Made by a program: the position numbers and the translations under genes
Notes under the pieces: generated by a model
Seen by the model: only the letters and a program-made list of their open reading frames with translations
What the model was told of the DNA's origin: nothing
Databases searched by the model: none
Shown: positions 1 to 9,783 of the stretch, piece by piece
Position numbering within the stretch: the first letter of the stretch is position 1
Layout of the letters: each line of letters begins with the position of its first letter
From: Bythopirellula sp.
GTDB taxonomy: Bacteria > Planctomycetota > Planctomycetia > Pirellulales > Lacipirellulaceae
Assembly (NCBI GenBank): GCA_965216565.1
Contig: OZ244170.1
Coordinates: 352,001 to 416,000, forward strand
DNA: 64,000 nucleotides
Direction of reading: 5' to 3'

Positions 1-2
1 GC

Positions 3-1112
3 GTACTTGTCGCCCTCCTGCTTCCCGCGGTCCAAGCCGCCCGTGAAGCGGCCCGCCGTACGCAGTGCGTGAACAACATCAAGCAAATGGGTTTAGGAGC
101 AGTCAACTACGAGAGCGGCAATGGAGCCTTTCCGCCGGGACGACTCTACCCGGACTGGGCGAATTCCAATGGCGTACAAAAGACTGGCTACACCAATTAC
201 GAGGGGGGAATCAAGGCTAACGATAAGACAGGTTTCTATTCTGTTCACATTTGGCTATTGCCTTACATGGAAGCAGGCAATGTTTATGACTTGATCGATT
301 TCAACAGGGCTCAAGTCAAGAAGATGCTCGATCCTCGCAATCCACATTTCGACGCCTACTCGACCGCTCAAGGTATCTTTCTGTGTCCCAGTGATGGCAA
401 TGTCGGAAACATTATTTCTGAGAACAACTACCGTTCCAACTTCGGTGGCGATACGCCTGGTGCAGGAGCTAGTAGTGCAGGAGCAAAACCGGGAGATGTT
501 GGAAGGTTCGATGCCTGGGATGGGTCGGGGAATGGAGCTTTCAGCTATTCCATCAAACGTACAGGGCTTAAGGCTGGGGAATTTACCGATGGCCTTTCTA
601 ATACTGCTTTTTTCTCTGAGCGGGTTAAGGGGAGTGGCGACGAAAACGCAGACATTCCTGTTAGATCTTCGATAATAAGATGTCCCACCGGGCCCGCAGT
701 TGGAGGCCTATTTGACGATCCTGATTCTACAAACGATGGGTACTCAAAGGCCCTAGCAGCAGGACAGAATCCCACAGGTACCAAAGGATATACGTTTAAT
801 GCGGCAGGTCGCTGGATAGGCGAATGGTCCAACGGGTGGCCGTTTGCCGGATACGACTCTACTCAATACAACCATGTCGCTCCTCCTAATTGGGAAGGGC
901 AAGATTGTGGTACTAACTTCATTCCAGATACCCCGGGTGAACATGCCGTAATCGGTGCTCGTAGCGATCATCCGGGCGTCGTCGTCGTCTGCTTTGGTGA
1001 TGGCCATACGTCCATCGTTTCCGATGACGTCGACATTTGGGTGTGGCGTGCTGCCGGTACACGGAATGGGCCCTCCTATAATGGCGTTGAGCCCACGGGC
1101 TTTGATTTCTAA
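3..1112 (+). CDS. DUF1559 domain protein (prepilin-type N-terminus), 5'-truncated by the window edge
   Basis: The frame is open from position 3 and reads [32 protein letters not shown], the standard DUF1559 start; the C-terminus has the H-X9-DG motif ([15 protein letters not shown]). Confidence 0.95.
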   Translation, partial: VLVALLLPAVQAAREAARRTQCVNNIKQMGLGAVNYESGNGAFPPGRLYPDWANSNGVQKTGYTNYEGGIKANDKTGFYSVHIWLLPYMEAGNVYDLIDFNRAQVKKMLDPRNPHFDAYSTAQGIFLCPSDGNVGNIISENNYRSNFGGDTPGAGASSAGAKPGDVGRFDAWDGSGNGAFSYSIKRTGLKAGEFTDGLSNTAFFSERVKGSGDENADIPVRSSIIRCPTGPAVGGLFDDPDSTNDGYSKALAAGQNPTGTKGYTFNAAGRWIGEWSNGWPFAGYDSTQYNHVAPPNWEGQDCGTNFIPDTPGEHAVIGARSDHPGVVVVCFGDGHTSIVSDDVDIWVWRAAGTRNGPSYNGVEPTGFDF

Positions 1113-1253
1113 TCGACCGAATCACTCCTCTTGATTTTGGCACCCGGTGCGATAGGTTAGAGTATTCGATCAAATGGTTTTGGACTCCTTGGCAGGTCCA
1201 ATTCCCTTCGGCTACCGTCTTCTAATCTTCAATTCCCAATAAGGGGTATTGCC

Positions 1254-2348
1254 GTGGTCAGTTCTCAGTCTGTGGTTCCCGTCACGCCAGCCTCTCGCAG
1301 AGGGTTAGTTCGTCCCCAGATGATGATGGCCCTGGTCCTCATTGGGCTATTGGCCGCGTTCCTGTGGATGCGTGCGAGCAATCTCGAAACGCAAGCCCGG
1401 CAGGACGACGTGCAGCGGACGATGAGCACGTTCATGAGCAATCTGGCTCCGATGAGCAAGCTCGACCCGCTCTACACCGATAGCGACGGCGACCTGCTAG
1501 CCGACCCACCAGAAAATGCAGACCTGGCCGTTGAACCCACCGAGCTAACCTTCGCATTCATCGCCTCGCGCGATTCCACAAACAACGAGGATGTGTGGAA
1601 GCCAGTTCTCGAATCGATTTCCGAAACGACCGGCGTGCCCTGCAAGTATCTCCGGCTCACAAGTACGAAAGACCAGCTTCAAGCTCTGCGCAGTGGGCGC
1701 CTCCATGTCACGGCCTTCAGTTCTGGTGAAGTACCCACGGCAGTGAATCTCTGCGGCTTCAACCCGGTTTGCACCATCGGCGATGACGATGGTAATTTCG
1801 GCTACAAGATGCAGTTTATTGCCAATTCGAAAAGCGAGTTGAAAGATTTGGCAGATCTTCGCGGTAAGAAAATTGTGTTCGTGCGCCCTCGATCGAACTC
1901 GGGTTACAAAGCGGCGCTCGTAGAACTAATGGGTGGGCAGAAAATGTGGCCGGAACGCGACTACCAATGGAGTTGGTCCTACGGTCACGTCGATTCGATC
2001 AATGCGATCGCCTCCGGTCAAGCCGATGCCGCCCCGGTTGCCAGTGACGTGTTCGCACGAGAAGTCGCCAAGGGCGAACTGAAGGCTGACGATTTCCGCG
2101 TGATTTATGAGTCGGAGCGTTTTCCACCCATGGCCTTCGGTTACACCTACAATCTGACCGAAGAGCTGCGAGAGAAAATTCAGACCGCGTTACTCGATCT
2201 TGAGTGGGATGGAACCCCACTCGAGAAAGAATTCGGCGGCGACGGTTCGAGCAAGTTTGTGGCCCTAACCTACAAAGACGACTGGGCGAATATCCGCCGT
2301 ATCGATCGTGCTGCAATGGATGCGAAGCGAGAAATCCAAGGCAACTAA
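1254..2348 (+). CDS. PhnD-like phosphate/phosphite/phosphonate substrate-binding protein, N-terminally membrane anchored
   Basis: N-terminal hydrophobic helix; QLQALRSGRLHV, DLRGKKIVF..PRSNSGY, SYGHVDSI and IYESERFP motifs typical of the PhnD family. Confidence 0.85.
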   Translation: MVSSQSVVPVTPASRRGLVRPQMMMALVLIGLLAAFLWMRASNLETQARQDDVQRTMSTFMSNLAPMSKLDPLYTDSDGDLLADPPENADLAVEPTELTFAFIASRDSTNNEDVWKPVLESISETTGVPCKYLRLTSTKDQLQALRSGRLHVTAFSSGEVPTAVNLCGFNPVCTIGDDDGNFGYKMQFIANSKSELKDLADLRGKKIVFVRPRSNSGYKAALVELMGGQKMWPERDYQWSWSYGHVDSINAIASGQADAAPVASDVFAREVAKGELKADDFRVIYESERFPPMAFGYTYNLTEELREKIQTALLDLEWDGTPLEKEFGGDGSSKFVALTYKDDWANIRRIDRAAMDAKREIQGN

Positions 2349-4363
2349 TTCTCTGTCAAGGCGTCATTCTCAGCCAGCAGCGGTGTGTTCACGGCGTGAA
2401 TCCGCGCAGAATTAGAAATTCCGGAAAGCAAAATACACAAGGCGTGGTATCGACCCATGTCGACCGACACAACATCTTCGATTTCACTTTTTAATTGTGG
2501 CTTCTGCTCGGCATCGAAGGCGAGTGTCAATTTTGGAGTTTCGTAGACGATTTGATCGCCGGATTGATTCAGGATCGAGATCTCGCCTTCGATTCTGGCT
2601 GTCAAAGTCAATGCATTCTGAGCTGCTTCGACGAGAAATCCGTCATGCGGCGTTCCCGCCTCAAAGGCTTCGCGGCTGCCAAAAAACGTAGGCTTCTTCA
2701 AGTAGGGGCCATCATACTCCGGGCAAAAAGTGTCGCAGTTCCCGCAATGGTTACAATAGTCGGCAAAATTAGCAATTTGCTCGCTCTGTTCCAGCTTGAA
2801 TGTCTTCTCCTCGCCAATGGTTTGTATTCGACCATCGGGAGAGACTTCGAGATCCTGATAGAAGAATTCCACTTTGCCAGTATGGTAAGCAAAGTTCGCA
2901 TCGTTAGGGCAAACGGGGATGCACTTATCGCAGGTGATGCAGTCGAACGTCGTAAGATGCGAATCGATCTTTTTGGGGACCGATCGATTCCGATCGGCGT
3001 AGTAGCGAGAATCAGCCTGTGTTTCTTCAACGATCAGGGGCGTGTTTAAAAACCCAGCAACAATAGGGTCACCGCCTGCGGCTTCGCGTTGTCCGCGACA
3101 GTCAAGAATGTAGTCCCCAATCGTCTTTGCCCCGACGGCATCCATGGCCTTGGTGAGCTCCTTGAAATACGGCGGCAAACGGCCATACCCGCCTGTTTTC
3201 AATAAGTCAGTACAGGTTGTGATCGGCACAAACCCACAGGCGACCATCGCTGCTACGTTCTTCCGATCGATACCAGCTGAAAATGAGATTGGAGTCTGCG
3301 AGCCCATCGACTGCCGGTATTCGTTTGCCAAAGTTAGCGTAATCACGTGGAGCGGAAGACCGGAGAGGTACATGACTTTCTCCTCGGGGGAGAAGAAATC
3401 CTTATGGTTCGAGACTTCCAGCGTATTGGAAAATTTTGCTCCATACCCCAGGCCATTCTCCTCAGCCAATGTGGCTAATCGCTGGCTCATGGCGATCGAT
3501 TCGTCAAATTGCAATCCATTGGTATAGGCTTCAGCATGGACGGTGACTTCGTGATAGCCCATCACTTCGTAGAGTAAGTGCTCCAGTCGTTCTTTGCCAA
3601 GCATGGGGGGATTCATTTTCACGATGACATCTACGCCCATCTCCTGAAGAAGGAATTCACAGATGCGTTCGATTTCGTCCGCCGGGCAGCCGTGGAAAGT
3701 GGAAAGGGTAATGCTGCGACTGAGATTTGTCGGATAGTCGAGATCTTTCAGTCTAGAGAGACGAGCCGGAATCTGATCTCGCAATCTTTCGACAATCTTG
3801 CTCGCATCCATCATGCCACGGATGAACTGACAAACCTTTTCCGTTTGAATCCCTTCGAGGTCGTAACCGATTGACATGTCTAAAATGGTTTCAAAGGCGG
3901 CACTTTCCGGAGAGTAATTACCAAGTGGCTCCGCAAATTCCTCTGGAGCGTGACGCAGCATATGAATGAGCATTGCCCCTTGAACATATTGGTCGAGGGA
4001 TTCTTCAACGAGCAGTTCCTGCGACCATTCGATGTTATAGCCCACATTTGTGGCGTCGATGCAAGGGCGTCCGATGTCGAGCCGATCATTCACCTGCACA
4101 GTTTTCAGTTCCATGATCCGAGAACCTGCCAACCACGAGAGAACCAGGTTCTGGGCCATTTGAGATTGGGGGCCAGAAGCCGGGCCAACAGGATTGCCTG
4201 CCCTTTGACCATGAAAGTCGACCGACAAGTCGTGTGTCGCACCTTCGTTGGAAGGCAGATACCACTTCCGCGCAGGCAAGTCGAAGATGGATTGCTGATT
4301 CGCATACTCTAGTCGCATGCGATCGATGAGTTCGACAAACGGTGTGCAGAAGAGGTCGACCAT
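2345..4363 (-). CDS. YgfK-like oxidoreductase (DHODH/DPD-like flavin barrel plus C-terminal 2x[4Fe-4S]), short form
   Basis: GPASGPQSQMAQN, ELKTVQ..D.L.I.RPCID, YNIEWSQEL, SITLSTFHGCPADEIERIC and KFSNTL match the YgfK N-terminal domain; ferredoxin motifs CITCDKCIPVCP and CNHCGNCDTFCP; adjacent to ssnA/ygeW/ygeY. Confidence 0.85.
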   Translation of the reverse strand: MVDLFCTPFVELIDRMRLEYANQQSIFDLPARKWYLPSNEGATHDLSVDFHGQRAGNPVGPASGPQSQMAQNLVLSWLAGSRIMELKTVQVNDRLDIGRPCIDATNVGYNIEWSQELLVEESLDQYVQGAMLIHMLRHAPEEFAEPLGNYSPESAAFETILDMSIGYDLEGIQTEKVCQFIRGMMDASKIVERLRDQIPARLSRLKDLDYPTNLSRSITLSTFHGCPADEIERICEFLLQEMGVDVIVKMNPPMLGKERLEHLLYEVMGYHEVTVHAEAYTNGLQFDESIAMSQRLATLAEENGLGYGAKFSNTLEVSNHKDFFSPEEKVMYLSGLPLHVITLTLANEYRQSMGSQTPISFSAGIDRKNVAAMVACGFVPITTCTDLLKTGGYGRLPPYFKELTKAMDAVGAKTIGDYILDCRGQREAAGGDPIVAGFLNTPLIVEETQADSRYYADRNRSVPKKIDSHLTTFDCITCDKCIPVCPNDANFAYHTGKVEFFYQDLEVSPDGRIQTIGEEKTFKLEQSEQIANFADYCNHCGNCDTFCPEYDGPYLKKPTFFGSREAFEAGTPHDGFLVEAAQNALTLTARIEGEISILNQSGDQIVYETPKLTLAFDAEQKPQLKSEIEDVVSVDMGRYHALCILLSGISNSARIHAVNTPLLAENDALTEN

Positions 4364-4533
4364 AATAAAGTATTGTCAATTTCAGGTGTCTGCGGAATAG
4401 AGAGTCCCCTACTTACCAGCTTGAGGACTGTCCGCAATTCTAACAACCACAACCGTTAGGCTCTAGCTAGGGTGAGTTGGTTGAGATAGATTTCAAGTAA
4501 CAAAATAATGCCAAGTGTAGGGAGAATCCATAT

Positions 4534-5799
4534 TTGAGTCGCTCGCTAGTGACCGAGCTGGAATGTGTTACGTGTGCTCGAATCGAACGTGCGGATGATG
4601 CGGCTGCGCCTGAGCAGGTCGCCATGACCTGCCCGTCCTGCGAAGGCTTCGAGGGCGTGCTCGATTTCCACTACGATTTGGACGCCGTTGCCGCCGCTTG
4701 GCAAGCGAATCCCTTATCCTCTCGGCCCACGAATCACTGGCGTTACGCCGAGCTATTGCCCCTGGCCCCGCAATCCATTCCTCAGCAGTGGCAAGTGGGT
4801 TGGACGCCTGTAATCGACGCGAAACGATTGGCCGATGAACTCGGATTAGGGCAGATACTGCTGAAAGACGAAGGCCGCAACCCGTCGGGTTCTTTCAAAG
4901 ATCGCGCCAGTTCAGTGGGCGTCGCGCATGCCCTGCAAGTTGGTGCCACAACCATCGCCTGTTCTTCCACGGGCAATGCTGCTACTAGCTTGGCTTGTCA
5001 TGCGGCATTAGCCGGATTGCCGGCGAGAATATTCGTGCCGCACACGGCACCCGAACCCAAGTTGGCTCAGTTGCTTCTTTACGGTGCGACGGTCTATTCG
5101 GTCCAGGGAACCTACGATCAAGCCTATCAGCTTTGCTCAGCCGCCTGTGAAGAGTTCGGCTGGTACAATCGGAATTGCGCGATCAATCCAGTGCTAGTGG
5201 AAGGCAAAAAGACGGCAGGCTTGGAAATCGCCGAACAATCGCTGTCGATGGGTGGAATCCCCGATTGGGTTGCGGTTAGTGTGGGAGACGGTTGCACTAT
5301 CGCAGGCATTTGGAAGGGACTCATCGAAATGAAAGCGTTGGGCGTGATTGATCGAGTGCCCAAGCTGCTGGGAGTTCAAGCAGAAGAGGTCGCCCCGATT
5401 GGGCAGGCGCTGCAAACAGGCAAATTGCCTGCTCCGGGCGATGGCGAAACAATGGCCGACAGCATTGATGTGCAGGCCCCTCGCAATTGGCAGAAGGCAG
5501 TGCGTGCGCTCCGTCAGGCAGAGGGCCAGGTGATCCTCGTTTCCGATGAGCAAATTTACGAAGCGATGCGGTTAGGTGGACGGCACGGTGTATTCGCTGA
5601 ACCCGCTGCGGCGGCAGCCCTGGCTGGCGTCGTGGCCGCGGTAGAATCCAAGGTGATTGGCCCCAAGGAGCGAGTGCTGGCAATGGTCACCGGCAGTGGG
5701 CTCAAAGACATTCGCAGTGCCATCCAAGCAGGCGGCAATCCATTCAAAATCGAGCCAAGCCTTTCGGCATTGGCCGACGCAGAAAAAGCAGTTAGTTGA
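4534..5799 (+). CDS. Threonine synthase-like PLP enzyme (fold type II) with N-terminal CxxC/CxxC
   Basis: KDEGRNPSGSFKDR (PLP lysine), SSTGNAA, EGKKT, VSVGDG, EPAAAA, TGSGLKD; TTG start preceded by GGGAGA. Confidence 0.85.
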   Translation: MSRSLVTELECVTCARIERADDAAAPEQVAMTCPSCEGFEGVLDFHYDLDAVAAAWQANPLSSRPTNHWRYAELLPLAPQSIPQQWQVGWTPVIDAKRLADELGLGQILLKDEGRNPSGSFKDRASSVGVAHALQVGATTIACSSTGNAATSLACHAALAGLPARIFVPHTAPEPKLAQLLLYGATVYSVQGTYDQAYQLCSAACEEFGWYNRNCAINPVLVEGKKTAGLEIAEQSLSMGGIPDWVAVSVGDGCTIAGIWKGLIEMKALGVIDRVPKLLGVQAEEVAPIGQALQTGKLPAPGDGETMADSIDVQAPRNWQKAVRALRQAEGQVILVSDEQIYEAMRLGGRHGVFAEPAAAAALAGVVAAVESKVIGPKERVLAMVTGSGLKDIRSAIQAGGNPFKIEPSLSALADAEKAVS

Positions 5800-5819
5800 G
5801 ATAGTTGGAAAGGTGTAGT

Positions 5820-7271
5820 ATGGCAGTTGAGCAGCAGGTAACCGATCAAACAATAGAGCGTTTTCGTGAGCGAAAAATTCTATTGCCCACGTTTGCGCAG
5901 ATGCAGAATCCCGACCTAATTCCGGAGAAAATCAAATCGCGTCTAAAAGAAGTCGGTCTCTGGGACGTCGATCCGGTCAATCTCTTTCGGATTAGTTGGA
6001 AAAACGAGGCGGTGGAGAAGGGCGGACTATTTGGAGAAGGGAATTGGGTCGAGTTTCCTTCAGAATTCACCGGCGTCGACGCCCGGATTATTGGTTTGGT
6101 TGGCAAATATTTTCCCACCGGGGCCCATAAAGTGGGGGCTGCTTACGGCTGTCTGGTGCCGCGGCTCGTTAGTGGTGAGTTCGATCCTACTAAGCACAAA
6201 GCCGTTTGGCCGAGCACGGGCAATTACTGTCGGGGCGGAGCGTTCGATTCGGCACTTGTCGGTTGCACGGCAGTTGCGATTTTGCCGGAGGAAATGAGCC
6301 GCGAGCGTTTTGAATGGCTCAAAGACATCGGTGCCGAGGTGATTGCCACGCCCGGCTGCGAATCGAATGTGAAGGAAATCTACGACAAATGCTGGGATAT
6401 CCGAGAAAACCGGCCTGAATGCGTGATCTTCAATCAGTTTGAAGAATTCGGCAATCCCACGTGGCACTATCATGTAACCGGCTCGATGATCGAAGATATC
6501 TTCGACAGCCTGCCCGAGGGACATCGTTTGGCAGGTTACATTTCGGCCACTGGAAGTGCCGGGACAATTGGTGCCGGAGATCGCCTCCGCGTTAATCATC
6601 CAGGTGTCCGAGTGGTTGCTACCGAGGCTCTGCAATGTCCGACCTTGTATCAACTTGGTTTCGGCGGTCATCGAATTGAGGGAATCGGCGATAAGCATGT
6701 TCCCTGGGTTCACAACGTTCGTAATACCGACGTGGTGGCGGCTATCGACGACGAACAATGTATGGCACTGTTCCGATTGTTCAACGAAGATGCCGGGAAA
6801 GAGTTTCTCGCGAAGTCGCTGTCCGAGGAATTTATCTCACAACTGCCGCAATTAGGCATCTCGGCAATTTGCAACATGATTGGCGCGATCAAGACGGCCA
6901 AACACTTTGAAATGGATAGCAAGGACGTCATTTTCACTTGCTTAACTGATGGGGCTGAACTGTACGCCAGCCGACTCGAGGAACTGAGCGCTGAGCACGG
7001 TAGTTTTTCTGCCGACGATGCCCTCTATACAAAAGCCCGATACTTGGATGGGACCGCGGTGGATCACTATCGTGAGTTGACTTATCACGATCGCAAAGCA
7101 CTGCACAACTTCAAATACTTCACTTGGGTAGAACAGCAGGGCCGCACGGCAGACGAATTACGGGAGCTATGGCAACCGGAGTTCTGGCAGCAGACCTTTG
7201 CCCAGGCAGAGCAGTGGGACCAGGAGATTGAAGCCTTCAACAAACGTACTGGCGTGCTGGAACTGCTCTGA
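5820..7271 (+). CDS. Cysteine-synthase-family PLP-dependent enzyme, long form
   Basis: FPTGAHKVGAA (PLP lysine), WPSTGNY, NQFEEFGNP, SATGSAGT, HRIEGIGD; ATG at 5820 chosen after GAAAGGTG. Confidence 0.8.
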   Translation: MAVEQQVTDQTIERFRERKILLPTFAQMQNPDLIPEKIKSRLKEVGLWDVDPVNLFRISWKNEAVEKGGLFGEGNWVEFPSEFTGVDARIIGLVGKYFPTGAHKVGAAYGCLVPRLVSGEFDPTKHKAVWPSTGNYCRGGAFDSALVGCTAVAILPEEMSRERFEWLKDIGAEVIATPGCESNVKEIYDKCWDIRENRPECVIFNQFEEFGNPTWHYHVTGSMIEDIFDSLPEGHRLAGYISATGSAGTIGAGDRLRVNHPGVRVVATEALQCPTLYQLGFGGHRIEGIGDKHVPWVHNVRNTDVVAAIDDEQCMALFRLFNEDAGKEFLAKSLSEEFISQLPQLGISAICNMIGAIKTAKHFEMDSKDVIFTCLTDGAELYASRLEELSAEHGSFSADDALYTKARYLDGTAVDHYRELTYHDRKALHNFKYFTWVEQQGRTADELRELWQPEFWQQTFAQAEQWDQEIEAFNKRTGVLELL

Positions 7272-8581
7272 TGCCCATCTGTTTCACTAATGCGAAGCTG
7301 GTACAACTCGAACCTCCGCTAGTTCTTGACGGTGGATTGCGAGTTGAAGAAGGTGCCATTGTTGAATTGGGGGAGTCGATTGCTCCGGCCGAGGGCGATG
7401 AGATCGTCGATTGCCAGGGAGCGGTTCTTATGCCGGGGTTGGTCAATGGGCACACGCACCTCTATTCGGCGTTGGCAGCGGGTATGCCGGCCCCGCCGCG
7501 TGAACCGAAGAATTTTCACGAGATCCTAGAATTGGTCTGGTGGCGGCTCGATCTGGCCCATTCGCTGGAAAGCGTGAAGGTCAGCGGCCAGATTGGGGCT
7601 CTGGCGGCACTCCGCTGCGGGACGACGACGCTCATCGACCACCATGCTTCTCCGTCAGTCATTGAAGGCTCATTGACGCACTTGCAGGATGGCATCGCGC
7701 AAGTTGGTTCTCGCGGCGTGTTGTGCTACGAGGTGACCGATCGCAACGCGCCGGACGAAGGGCAGCAGGGACTCATGGAGAATGTCCGCTATGCTGAGTC
7801 GTGTGTAGATAGCCAACAGTTTGCTGCGATGATTGGTGCCCATGCGAGTTTCACATTGGAGGAGACTTCGCTCGCTTCTTGTGTTGATGTGGCAAAACGC
7901 CTGAAGTTGGGCGTGCATATCCATGTGGCTGAGGACCCAGTCGACAAAAAGGTCACGCAAGAAAAGTTCGGAATGGGGCTGTTGGACCGCTTTGAAAAAC
8001 ATGGCTTGCTGGATGTGCCGAATACAATTTTCGCACACTGCACCCATCTGGATGAAGACCAAATGGCGCGTCTGAGCGAGCACAAGAATTCGATTCGACT
8101 CGCCCACAATCCCAATTCAAATATGAATAACGGGGTCGGCTACACGCCGGTCGCCAAGTGGCCGCAGACGCCGCTGCTGGGGACCGATGGCATCGGGGCC
8201 GACATGTGGCGGGAAGCACGGACCGCCCAGTTCAAGAGCCACGATGCCGGGTTGCCCGTGCCGTTTGGCCAGCCCCTGAAGATGATCGCCCAATCCGCCG
8301 AGTTTGCATCAAACGCCTTGGGCACACGAGTAGGTGTTCTTGAAAAGGGCGCCGCCGCAGATTTGGTGGTAACCAGCTACACCCCCGCCACACCGCTCGA
8401 TGCCACCAACCTCGCCGGGCATTTTCTCTATGCCATGGGACCCGAATTCGTACGGCACGTAATGATCGACGGTCGTTGGTGCCTGAAAGAAGGCAAAGTC
8501 ACCAGTTGCGACGAACAATCAATTCGCGCTCATTCGGTGGATGTCGCCCATGGGTTGCACGAGCGGATGTCGGCTTTGTAG
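7271..8581 (+). CDS. ssnA: SsnA-like amidohydrolase
   Basis: PGLVNGHTHLYS metal motif, GTTTLIDHHAS, LCYEVTDRN, GAHASFT, HIHVAE, HNPNSNMNNGVG, LGTDG; coupled to the upstream gene by a TGATG overlap. Confidence 0.88.
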   Translation: MPICFTNAKLVQLEPPLVLDGGLRVEEGAIVELGESIAPAEGDEIVDCQGAVLMPGLVNGHTHLYSALAAGMPAPPREPKNFHEILELVWWRLDLAHSLESVKVSGQIGALAALRCGTTTLIDHHASPSVIEGSLTHLQDGIAQVGSRGVLCYEVTDRNAPDEGQQGLMENVRYAESCVDSQQFAAMIGAHASFTLEETSLASCVDVAKRLKLGVHIHVAEDPVDKKVTQEKFGMGLLDRFEKHGLLDVPNTIFAHCTHLDEDQMARLSEHKNSIRLAHNPNSNMNNGVGYTPVAKWPQTPLLGTDGIGADMWREARTAQFKSHDAGLPVPFGQPLKMIAQSAEFASNALGTRVGVLEKGAAADLVVTSYTPATPLDATNLAGHFLYAMGPEFVRHVMIDGRWCLKEGKVTSCDEQSIRAHSVDVAHGLHERMSAL

Positions 8582-8603
8582 GATGTCGTGAGGCCTACCC
8601 TAC
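8578..8603. repeat. GTAG-type REP-like short palindrome
   Basis: GTAGGATGTCGTGAGGCCTACCCTAC between convergent genes; its reverse strand begins GTAGGGTAGG, as does the copy at ~9710. Confidence 0.45.
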
Positions 8604-8616
8604 GGTGGCAATTGCA

Positions 8617-9576
8617 TCAAAGCACGATCCGCGTACCGCTCGTGCCGGCCAGAATCTCTGTGAACTTATTCACGTGGCCAATCAAGACTTGGGAGTTCGG
8701 CTGTTTCGAATGTTGCAGAAACTCGATTGCGGCGCCGATTTTGGGGCCCATGGAGCCGGCACCGAATTCGCCTTGCTTCGCATATTCTTCAGCGTCGGCC
8801 AGTGAGAGTTCCTTGAGTTCTTTTTCAGCGGGTGTACCGAATCCCAGGCAGACGCGCTCGACGCCGGTGAGAATCACTACGGTGGAGATTCCCAGGCCAC
8901 GAGCCAGCAGTGCGGTGGTGAGATCCTTGTCGATCACTGCCGCGGCGCCTTGGTAGAGTCCTTGTTCGTCTCGGTAGACGGGAATGCCACCGCCCCCGCA
9001 GCAGACGACGTGCCCGCCGGCGTCGACGAGGCCTGCGATAGTTTCCACCTCGAGAATTTCTTGAGGCAATGGCGAGGGCACGATGCGGCGATAGGCATCC
9101 TCGGCAACTTTTTGGATGTGCCAATCATCTTCGCGCTGGTGTGCCTCGGCGATGGAACGCAAGAGGCGGGGACCGATGGGCTTGGTGGGATTGTTGAACG
9201 CGGGATCGTCGCGGGCAACCAGAACCGAAGTAACAATGGTGGTTGCTTTGCCGGGTTGGCCCCGGCGATGCAGATCGTTGGTGAGACACTGGGCGATCAT
9301 GTAGCCCATACCGGCTTGGGTGTCTGCGACGCAGACCTCAAGTGGAATCGGATAAAGCTCGGTGCGGGCGATCTCCACGCGTCGCAGCACGTTGCCTACT
9401 TGGGGGCCGTTGCCGTGGGTGATGATGAGCTGATGCCCATCGGCGATGGCAGCCCCCAACTGCTGGGCGGTTTCGTTTGTTTGGGCGAACTGTTCCTCAA
9501 TGGTCCCCTGACTATCGGGGCTGCTGATCGCATTGCCGCCGAGGGCGACGACTAGTTTTTCTGTTGCCTTGGGCAT
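8617..9576 (-). CDS. arcC: Carbamate kinase (ArcC/YqeA family)
   Basis: VVALGGNA, THGNGPQVG, PTKPIGP, RRIVPSP, GGGGIPV, AVIDKD, GSMGPK. Confidence 0.95.
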   Translation of the reverse strand: MPKATEKLVVALGGNAISSPDSQGTIEEQFAQTNETAQQLGAAIADGHQLIITHGNGPQVGNVLRRVEIARTELYPIPLEVCVADTQAGMGYMIAQCLTNDLHRRGQPGKATTIVTSVLVARDDPAFNNPTKPIGPRLLRSIAEAHQREDDWHIQKVAEDAYRRIVPSPLPQEILEVETIAGLVDAGGHVVCCGGGGIPVYRDEQGLYQGAAAVIDKDLTTALLARGLGISTVVILTGVERVCLGFGTPAEKELKELSLADAEEYAKQGEFGAGSMGPKIGAAIEFLQHSKQPNSQVLIGHVNKFTEILAGTSGTRIVL

Positions 9577-9595
9577 AGAAGTCTTCAACTAGGGT

Positions 9596-9695
9596 TGAAT
9601 CGAGAAAAAACAACTTCCGATTTTTTTAGTCCCCTCACCTAGCCTCTCCCCAAGGGGGCGAGGGAATTGGGGAGAAGTTGTTTTTTCTCGATTCA
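9596..9695. repeat. Composite REP-like element, copy 1
   Basis: Perfect 22-bp inverted repeat (TGAATCGAGAAAAAACAACTTC / GAAGTTGTTTTTTCTCGATTCA) enclosing CCTCACCTAGCCTCTCCCCAAGGGGGCGAGGGA. Confidence 0.8.
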
Positions 9696-9783
9696 TATGT
9701 TTTCCCTCGGTAGGGTAGGTGCGGTACCTATGTCCCTCTTGAGTTCATTCGTGCAGATTCGTGACATTCGTGGTCAACAACTC

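Noticed and set aside
7260..7280. Selenocysteine read-through at the TGA between the PLP enzyme and ssnA
   Set aside because: It is a TGATG stop/start overlap into a different frame, and both proteins look complete
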